This document shows, in pieces, positions 25,872 through 32,000 of a stretch of DNA of 32,000 nt (within the stretch, counting starts at the first letter, position 1; each line of letters starts with the position of its first letter). The position numbers and the translations under genes were made by a program. The notes under the pieces are model-generated. The model did no database searches, was not told the DNA's origin, and saw only the letters and a list, made by a program, of their open reading frames with translations. Origin of the DNA: Nitrosopumilus sp. (GTDB taxonomy: Archaea; Thermoproteota; Nitrososphaeria; Nitrososphaerales; Nitrosopumilaceae); contig JAOTTS010000002.1 of NCBI GenBank assembly GCA_029864335.1, forward strand, positions 84,671 through 116,670. The letters are read 5' to 3'.

Positions 25872-25945
25872 TAGTCAATCTGGAAAATTTACGCACAAAA
25901 GGTGGCTGTCTTTTTACTCTTTGTCGATAAAAATGGCATCACATG
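25872..25945 (-). repeat. aEF-2 3'-end/downstream repeat, copy 4 (inverted, shortened)
   Basis: The reverse complement of 25910-25931 is 22/22 identical to 8577-8598. The inner blocks gcgtaaattt and agattgacta are retained. The coding side reads ...IFIDKE*. Confidence 0.85.
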
Positions 25946-26000
25946 TTTTGTGAGGGAAAATATGCTGTGCTGTCGTAATGCTTTTCGTTAAGATCACATT

Positions 26001-26378
26001 ATGAGAAATATGAAAAAAGATCTTGTTATTGGAATGGGTGTTGCAATTCCAGTAGTATTTCTTATGATTTTCATTGGAGGGGGAGGATATTTAGATTTTG
26101 AATTTGAAAAAGAATATGGAAAAATCAACATGAACCCTGAATTATCTCAATGTGAAATACTGACAAATCAAATGATCCAAGCAAGAAACGACATGAAACA
26201 ATATGCTCTTAATCCAAACCAATTCTCTTCAGAAGATGCTGAAAAAATCAACAATGAGTATCAAAATGAATTGAATCGAATAACCAAAGAATTCAGCCTA
26301 AAAGGGTGTGATAAAAACTTGGATGAATGGATGACTCCTGAAATAACTCAAAGAGTAATAGACCAAACTGGAGGTTAA
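26001..26378 (+). CDS. membrane-anchored hypothetical protein (125 aa)
   Basis: It has an N-terminal TM segment (LVIGMGVAIPVVFLMIFIGGGG) followed by a polar domain. Confidence 0.55.
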   Translation: MRNMKKDLVIGMGVAIPVVFLMIFIGGGGYLDFEFEKEYGKINMNPELSQCEILTNQMIQARNDMKQYALNPNQFSSEDAEKINNEYQNELNRITKEFSLKGCDKNLDEWMTPEITQRVIDQTGG

Positions 26379-26491
26379 TTAACTGAGGAAAAAAGAATCA
26401 TTACAACATAAAATTCCTCAAGGGTTACGGACATTACATCTCTGTAAAGAAATTCAAAATAAAACTTTTTAGTATTTTTAGGATTGTTATT

Positions 26492-26893
26492 TTATGGTTG
26501 TATATCTGGAAGAGCAGTAAATGCAGAATTAACTTTCTGTATTATTTTCTCTACATTAACATCTCTTTCTGCAGAAATCAAAATCAAGTATTCCTTTGTA
26601 GGAATACTTATCATGGTAACTTTTCCTCTTCTTGAGGCTATGTAATCTATTGGACCTAGTTCAGTATCAAAATCTTTTCTCATCAGGTATTCCAGAGTTA
26701 ACTGGACATACATAATGTGATTTTCTCGATCTCCTAGATAGGATGTTATTCCTTCTTTAAAACCACCTGCTATATGCTTGCCCATGTTGTTAAGAACTCC
26801 CACAAACCTAATTTTTTCAATTGCAAGAATTTTCTTACAAGATTCTTCTAAAGCCTGTTTTTCTATTGTCAAATCCTGCATATTATATACCAA
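26492..26893 (-). CDS. small Roadblock/LC7-like protein, paralog 4
   Basis: It has IRFVGVLNNMGKHIAGG and later DYIASRRGKVTMISIPTKEYLILISAERD, the same layout as the other paralogs. Confidence 0.65.
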   Translation of the reverse strand: MVYNMQDLTIEKQALEESCKKILAIEKIRFVGVLNNMGKHIAGGFKEGITSYLGDRENHIMYVQLTLEYLMRKDFDTELGPIDYIASRRGKVTMISIPTKEYLILISAERDVNVEKIIQKVNSAFTALPDIQP

Positions 26894-27239
26894 ACAGTAT
26901 TAATATGTAATTTTGATCAATGTCTGGTAATTTTTACGTTCTTGTATTATTGGATTGTTTCTAATTTTATTTGTAAATGATTGATGAATCTAAAATGCAT
27001 ACACGAAGAGGTTTTAGTTGGGAAGGATTGAAAGTATGGAGGGTAAAATTTTAAATGAGTCGATGTTATTGTCGTTAATTTTTTTTATAAAAATAAAAAA
27101 TTAATTATTCTAATTTAGTTTAGTTAATCATTCATGAATTTTTTTAATCTTTCATAGTTTGGATGTGTAACTTCATGTAATCTATCATGTGTGAATGATA
27201 CCAAATATTATGATCTTTTAATTCACATTCTAATTCTTT

Positions 27240-27521
27240 TTATATTATTTTTGAAGTAAACTCAAATATTTTTAAAGCATCATTACTAGCATCATTCATT
27301 CCTTTAGAATAGTGGTGAAGATATTTTCTATGAATTTCCTTCACATCATTAAACAAAGATTTCGTTTCGTCATCTATCATGCCAATTTTGTTTAAAACAA
27401 TGACTCGTCTTTCTTGACTCATTCTCTTAAAGGTACTTCCAAAAATATCTTTTTGAGAGTCATCTAACACGTAGATAAATAGGAAAAACAATAAGCGCCA
27501 AAAGAAGAGACAGTCCCCCAA
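27240..27521 (-). CDS. hypothetical protein (true start possibly the internal Met at 27422)
   Basis: The C-terminal ~60 aa (MSQERRVIVLNKIGMIDDETKSLFNDVKEIHRKYLHHYSKG...) look coding. The N-terminal part overlaps the next ORF out of frame. Confidence 0.4.
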   Translation of the reverse strand: MGDCLFFWRLLFFLFIYVLDDSQKDIFGSTFKRMSQERRVIVLNKIGMIDDETKSLFNDVKEIHRKYLHHYSKGMNDASNDALKIFEFTSKII

Positions 27522-27645
27522 ATGGAATATCTCTTAATAATTCTACATCCGGATATAAAATTATTAGGGCAATCCAGAGAATTCCAAAAATTACTGAGGT
27601 TATTACAACTATTTTCAAAATTTTTTGTATTATTTGAAGTTCCAT
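27460..27645 (-). CDS. two-TM mini membrane protein (61 aa)
   Basis: It has the hydrophobic segments IVVITSVIFGILWIALIIL and GGLSLLLALIVFPIYL, and an ATG start. Confidence 0.45.
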   Translation of the reverse strand: MELQIIQKILKIVVITSVIFGILWIALIILYPDVELLRDIPFGGLSLLLALIVFPIYLRVR

Positions 27646-27675
27646 TTGACTAGCATGTAATGACTTTCAGCATGA
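27645..27675 (+). repeat. possible degenerate partial copy (inner part only) of the aEF-2-flank repeat
   Basis: ttgactag + cat + gtaatgactt ... atgat compares with copy 2 (rc) ttgactaggtaattacttaggctatgat. That is 8/8, then 9/10 after a 3-nt gap. The match is short and the call is weak. Confidence 0.3.
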
Positions 27676-28117
27676 TCATAAAAATTTTCCAACAAACCGA
27701 CTAACGTTATACCGCAAGTCATGTCGTGTTTTCACGTTCAGAAGGGGTAGTTCAAAACCTTTCCTGAATGTATCTTCACCTGAAACACCTACAGAAGTTC
27801 ATCCCATTCTTTTTACCATTGAAAACAATGGAATATCGTTTGACTGTCACCACAATATACCATATATTCAAATGAAATAGGTCTTTCCTCATGTGGAATG
27901 AAGTTATTCAAAGTATGGGGCCCTCTGTAACTCTGTAGATATAATTTCTTGTTTATTGCAAACAAAAATTTTGTTTTTTTAGTAAATATCACAATCGATT
28001 TTATGGAATTGAACTCAAAAGAAGAGAATTCTTTTTATTTTTCTAAATTTACCTGACAATATTGCCAATTCTACCTTACTAGATAACATTAGTAAAATAA
28101 TTGATTAAACAAATCAA

Positions 28118-29563
28118 TTGAACTCAGATCAAGTATTACAAACTATTAAAGATGAAAATGTCTCATTCATTGACTTTTGGTTTGTAGATATTTTTGGAGA
28201 ACTTCATAATGTTGGAATGCCCGTCTATGCAATTGATAAAAATAGTTTTGTAAATGGTCTTGAAAAATTAGATGCTAGTTCCATTGTTGGATTCAAATCT
28301 GTAAATAACTCTGATATGATTTTAATGCCAGATCCAAATTCATTTAAAATTCTCCCAAATGATTATGATCCTGGTAATAGAAAAAATGCAAGAATATTTT
28401 GCGATCTTTATGATGGTAACACAAACAAAGAATCAAGATATAATCGAGATTCAAGGGGTATTGCACGTAAAGCATCCGAGAAACTCAAAGAATTTGGATT
28501 AACTCACACTAATTGGGGTCCTGAGATAGAGTTTTTTGTCTTTGATGCAATCAATGTTTACCCATCTCCTTATGCTGCAACCCATTCTGGTGGTGGCTCT
28601 GGATATTCCATAGAGTCTAAAGAATCACCTTGGGCAAAAGGGAACGTAAGTACTGCAATAGATATCAAAGAAGGATACTATCCATCACAACCAAAAGATA
28701 CTCTAAATAGTTTTCGAAAAGATGTATGTGATGATTTATACAACTATTTTGGAATAAAAATTGAAGCTGAACATCATGAAGTAGCAACATCAGGTCAATG
28801 TGAAATTAATTTAGTTTATGATGAAATGATTGCAATGGCAGATAACGTAATTGCAGTTAAAAATTTAGTAAAGGTTAAAGCTAAAAGAAAAAATAAAGTT
28901 GCCACTTTTATGCCAAAACCAATTTTTGGTGATAATGCATCAGCAATGCATACTCATCAAAGCTTGTGGAATGAAAAAACAAATGTAATGTACGATCATG
29001 ATGATGAAATGGCACAGATGAGTCAAACTGGAAGATATTACATCGGCGGAATTTTAAATCATGCAAAAGCTTTATGTGCAATCTCAAATCCCACAACAAA
29101 TTCTTACAAACGACTTGTTCCTGGTTTTGAAGCACCTGTAAACGTTTGTTGGGGCTTGGCAAATAGATCTACTGCAATCAGAGTTCCAATGTATAATCGA
29201 AATCAAGAAAAAAGCAAGAGAATTGAATATCGTGTGCCTGATCCAACTGCAAATATCTATCTTTTAGAATCTGCATTGTTATTGGCAGGATTAGATGGAA
29301 TCAAAAATAAGATTGATCCTGGCGATCCTGTTGAAGAAAACGTATACAAACTTTCTTCAGAAAAGAAACGAGAATACCATATTGGAACTTTGCCAGTATC
29401 ATTGAAAGGTGCACTTGATTCACTTACTAGTGATTCAAAATTCTTAGAGGAAGTTTTCACAAAAGATTTTCTTGATGCATACTCAGAACTAAAATACAAA
29501 GAATACACTTCCTTTGCACAAACTCCTACAGCTTGGGAAGTATCGATGTATGCTGATGCATAA
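28118..29563 (+). CDS. glnA: glutamine synthetase, type I
   Basis: It has FMPKPIFGDNASAMHTHQSLW, NSYKRLVPGFEAP and RIEYRVPDPTANIYL, plus an N-terminal beta-grasp region VSFIDFWFVDIFGELH. It is 481 aa long, with a TTG start in the track. Confidence 0.95.
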   Translation: MNSDQVLQTIKDENVSFIDFWFVDIFGELHNVGMPVYAIDKNSFVNGLEKLDASSIVGFKSVNNSDMILMPDPNSFKILPNDYDPGNRKNARIFCDLYDGNTNKESRYNRDSRGIARKASEKLKEFGLTHTNWGPEIEFFVFDAINVYPSPYAATHSGGGSGYSIESKESPWAKGNVSTAIDIKEGYYPSQPKDTLNSFRKDVCDDLYNYFGIKIEAEHHEVATSGQCEINLVYDEMIAMADNVIAVKNLVKVKAKRKNKVATFMPKPIFGDNASAMHTHQSLWNEKTNVMYDHDDEMAQMSQTGRYYIGGILNHAKALCAISNPTTNSYKRLVPGFEAPVNVCWGLANRSTAIRVPMYNRNQEKSKRIEYRVPDPTANIYLLESALLLAGLDGIKNKIDPGDPVEENVYKLSSEKKREYHIGTLPVSLKGALDSLTSDSKFLEEVFTKDFLDAYSELKYKEYTSFAQTPTAWEVSMYADA

Positions 29564-29570
29564 TTATTAG

Positions 29571-29578
29571 TTTTTTTT
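29571..29578 (+). terminator. oligo-T (T8) tract 8 nt after the glnA stop
   Basis: tttttttt was read directly. Oligo-T tracts are the usual archaeal intrinsic termination signal. Confidence 0.45.
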
Positions 29579-29644
29579 GTATAAATATTGCAATATCTTT
29601 AAGGATAATTGGGCTCACTCTCATTCTTCCCGTTAAGAATAAAG

Positions 29645-29700
29645 CAAATCATACCTAGTTTAGAGGCGTGTCAAACTTTTTGTATCGTTCACTTTCCAGG
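29645..29700 (-). repeat. possible heavily decayed copy of the aEF-2-end repeat
   Basis: The reverse complement reads cctggaaagtgaacgatacaaaaagtttgacacgcctctaaactaggtatgatttg. Shared blocks are aaaaag, gacacgcc (copy 4 has gacagcc), actagg and tatgatttg (9/9 with copies 1 and 2). Several deletions must be assumed. The call is weak. Confidence 0.3.
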
Positions 29701-30144
29701 CGAACTCATACCTTCATACTATGAATCACTCACTAAAACTAAAAACGGTTCAAGCCTCTAGTGACAAATCTTTCATTGCTAAAAACAGGTAATAATAAAC
29801 AAAGATTATTTGGAAATTGGAATGCTCAATTTGTATTACACATTTATGATTTGTCTTTCGATAGAAAAATTTTGATGAGTTTTTTTCTGTTTGTTTATTA
29901 TCGAATACTTGATAATGATAGTACTGATTGGAAGGATTGATTTCCTATTACTGCAGGATGATCTTTCATTAAATTTTTCAATGAAAAGTAACAGAATCTG
30001 CCCAAAAATAGAATGCTAAATTAATTCTGAGAAAATAATCCTATTTTGTTTTGATTCAATTCTTTATATTTTTTTAAAAATTCTCTTGTAACAACATACA
30101 ACAAATTACGAAATCTTGGACATCTGTTTTGTGTTCTTGTAAAT

Positions 30145-30945
30145 TTAGTGTTGTTTTAATTTCTTAGCAAGTTCTGCTTCAATGTACATCTTTGCACTGA
30201 TTGCAGACATGATAAGGTATTCATTGCCAAAGTTTTTTGCAACCATCTTCATTGCTTTTTTTACAATCTCTTCTTTTTGTTCATCATTAATTTCTTTCTC
30301 CCTTACATACAACAAAGCAGAATCTACTGCAAGGGGCACAAATTCAGCAAGTAAGTTTCTGGCTCTTTGTGCAGATTCTTTTTTGCTTTCAGACAAAGTT
30401 CGCTCGATTAATGAGTCTAGATTTTCGATTAGCATATTTCGTGTAGTTTTTGTAAATTCGTCAGATTTGACCTCAATCAAAAGTTGTGACTTTACATTTT
30501 GAAAAATCTCTTTTCCTAATTTTGGTGGCATTTTTCCTTTAGCAAGCTCTTCACGGTATTCGGGATTTTCCATGAATTGTTTGAAAACATACCTGCTTTG
30601 GTTTTCAACAAAGGACTTGGTAGAGTTTACAAAATATTCCTCAGCTTCGGCACTTATCTGCAATCCTTTCTTTCTTGCAAAACTAATACCCATAGATACA
30701 GCTCCTGCCACAATAGGCCCAACTGTAGAAAGCAGCTGTTCCAAAATATTCTGTAAAAATAGATCCATAGGCTTGGCACAATACGTCTCAGTTCCATTTG
30801 AGTCAAAACATTTTACGGATAATTCACTTGAAGATTGAGCAAAAACATTGTTGATTACATTAAATGTTCCAAATGAAATTAGAACAATAGATGCCAGTAA
30901 AATGCCCTTGTTGACAACCTGATCTTTTTTTATTACGTTACGCAT
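30145..30945 (-). CDS. signal-anchored hypothetical protein (266 aa)
   Basis: It has an N-terminal hydrophobic segment (GILLASIVLISFGTFNVI), a second one (VGPIVAGAVSMGISF), and then a helical K/E-rich domain. Confidence 0.65.
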   Translation of the reverse strand: MRNVIKKDQVVNKGILLASIVLISFGTFNVINNVFAQSSSELSVKCFDSNGTETYCAKPMDLFLQNILEQLLSTVGPIVAGAVSMGISFARKKGLQISAEAEEYFVNSTKSFVENQSRYVFKQFMENPEYREELAKGKMPPKLGKEIFQNVKSQLLIEVKSDEFTKTTRNMLIENLDSLIERTLSESKKESAQRARNLLAEFVPLAVDSALLYVREKEINDEQKEEIVKKAMKMVAKNFGNEYLIMSAISAKMYIEAELAKKLKQH

Positions 30946-30954
30946 TTCCCAGTA

Positions 30955-31203
30955 CTAGATAAGGCCTTCTTTTGCCAGTTTTTCTTTTCGTGTTTGAAAT
31001 ACCTCCAAGTTTTTCTCAGCCTTTGCAATCCCCTGCTTCATTCTTGCAATCTGAGTTTCAAATCCAGGAAGTTTGTATTTTTTGTACTGCATGGCTTTAG
31101 CAAGTTCCTTTTTCTTCATAGTGAGATTTGTTTGGCAGAAGCGAATCTGGGCATTGATTTGTCTCCGAGTTCCAGTTTTGGCACGATCACTGTGTTTACT
31201 CAT
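30955..31203 (-). CDS. basic coiled-coil hypothetical protein (82 aa)
   Basis: An ATG ORF located 9 nt upstream of the next minus-strand gene. It is K/R-rich and helical. Confidence 0.5.
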   Translation of the reverse strand: MSKHSDRAKTGTRRQINAQIRFCQTNLTMKKKELAKAMQYKKYKLPGFETQIARMKQGIAKAEKNLEVFQTRKEKLAKEGLI

Positions 31204-31550
31204 TACAAGTACTATGTACAGTAACTTAAAACTGTTAATTTGACTGTCTCTTCATACATGACAATCTATTTGAATAATCTTAAGTTTTTAATTTTAGGTT
31301 AAAAAACATTAAACCATCTGAGTTTGATCAAAAAATATCAATGTCCTGGGTTTAGGTGATTATTAGTCCTGTTTTTTATAATTTTTACAAGAGATCTATA
31401 TTGTGATATTTTTTGATGTAAAATTTTCCTCAAGTTCTTAAAATCAATCACTAAATGACCTTTTCTGATAAAAACAGTGACAAACTTTCAAAAATTATTT
31501 TATACTATTCTTATATTAAGCAAAAATATCAAGATTATACAGTAGAGAAA

Positions 31551-32000
31551 ATGCAAGAATTAACTATTGAAGAAACCATCGATAGAATAGATCAGTTAAT
31601 TGATACTGGTAGAGGCGATCCAAGTAGATTAGATAATATTCGAGAATATTTAAGAAACAACAAAAGACTATTTACTTCTGATAGACTCTATGTTGAAAAA
31701 TTATTGGATTCTTCTATTAACTTTACACGTAAAGAATCTCCACAGAATCCACTTTTACCTCACGTAAAAAAACTAATTGATTCTGGTTTTGGAGATCATG
31801 GACGACTTCAATTCATTTATAATGCATTGTTACAAGGCAAATCTCTGTATCAATCTGATCATAATTATGTTCAAAGAAAATTAAATGAAATACCAAATAA
31901 TTCTACTAATACACATATTGATAAAAAAATCACCATAGAACAAACTGATAGACAAAATCTTTCCTCACAAGAAATTGCGGAAACAAAAGATATGGTGTCT
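31551..32000 (+). CDS. hypothetical protein, 3'-partial, with an internal ~40-aa repeat
   Basis: The ATG at 31551 opens a frame that runs to the window end (150 codons), so it is absent from the track. The repeat units are IDQLIDTGRGDPSRLDNIREYLRNNKRLFTSDRLYVEKLL and VKKLIDSGFGDHGRLQFIYNALLQGKSLYQSDHNYVQRKL. Confidence 0.55.
   Translation, partial: MQELTIEETIDRIDQLIDTGRGDPSRLDNIREYLRNNKRLFTSDRLYVEKLLDSSINFTRKESPQNPLLPHVKKLIDSGFGDHGRLQFIYNALLQGKSLYQSDHNYVQRKLNEIPNNSTNTHIDKKITIEQTDRQNLSSQEIAETKDMVS

Larger units (their letters stand above)
24729..25945. mobile_element. 1.2-kb unit bounded by inverted aEF-2-end repeats (copies 3 and 4), possibly a non-autonomous element
   Basis: Copy 3 (+) and copy 4 (-) face each other. 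The interior carries three to four minus-strand ORFs (a J-domain protein, a coiled-coil mini-ORF and a TM mini-ORF). No transposase or integrase is present. Confidence 0.35.

Noticed and set aside
27240-27645. Possible frameshift fusing the 61-aa two-TM ORF to the 93-aa ORF at the ttgtttttcc run, and an RKYLHH (Rx4H, HEPN-like) motif in the latter
   Set aside because: Two separate genes, with the second starting at the internal Met at 27422, explain the data equally well. A lone Rx4H match is not evidence for HEPN.
27960-28060. Palindromes upstream of glnA (aaacaaaa-a-ttttgttt, agaattct) as nitrogen-regulator operators
   Set aside because: They are AT-only palindromes of the kind that arise by chance in this composition, and there is no match to the GGAA-N6-TTCC NrpR-type operator I know of.
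28908-29508. Minus-strand ORFs inside glnA
   Set aside because: They are shadow ORFs opposite a confidently identified gene.
29590-30140. tRNA-like ggttcaagcc (about 29747-29756) and other possible RNA genes in the 580-nt gap after glnA
   Set aside because: The flanking bases cannot form a T-stem and no cloverleaf could be drawn. Apart from the weak repeat copy listed above, nothing is supportable by eye.
30182-31224. Plus-strand ORFs 30182..30502, 30572..30838 and 30994..31224
   Set aside because: They are antisense to the 266-aa and 82-aa minus-strand genes and have low-complexity S/F/L composition.

Overview
This is an AT-rich archaeal window. It carries aEF-2 with a diphthamide-type HxDxxHRG loop, type-I glutamine synthetase, futalosine-pathway menaquinone genes and many Zn-ribbon mini-proteins. 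The overall look is that of a Nitrosopumilus-like thaumarchaeon, but that is inference only because no database search was possible. Ordinary core genes occupy about 1-8.6 kb: a TPR protein, a radical-SAM Mqn enzyme, an MTH1187/YkoF-like protein, an MqnA/D-like protein, an SIS protein and fusA/aEF-2. More core genes, including glnA, occupy about 26-32 kb. Between them lies an accessory, partly decayed region that begins at the aEF-2 stop codon. Its main signal is that the last codons of aEF-2 plus about 80 nt of downstream flank occur four times in alternating orientation (+ at 8.58 kb, - at 22.1 kb, + at 24.75 kb, - at 25.9 kb). Two much weaker candidate copies lie at 27.65 kb (+) and 29.67 kb (-), flanking glnA. 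Directly beside the native copy sits a 5'-truncated protein-primed family-B DNA polymerase gene and an AbiV/HEPN-like ORF, and no Cas1 or integrase is visible. I read this as the remains of one or more casposon-like, TIR-bounded elements at the aEF-2 3' end, which I recall as the reported target of thaumarchaeal family-1 casposons. The unusual feature is that the inverted repeats include the coding end of the target gene. The same region holds an orphan two-component set, a secreted CxIATA-box protein with a perfect 42-bp in-frame tandem repeat plus a truncated paralog, and a J-domain/Zn-ribbon protein inside a 1.2-kb IR-bounded unit. It also holds a cluster of Zn-ribbon mini-ORFs, a nested CCACGTGG palindrome, and several frame-disrupted genes. 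Four paralogs of a small Roadblock/LC7-like family are spread across the window. All motif calls, alignments and identity counts were made by eye. No HMM or BLAST evidence exists for any of them.
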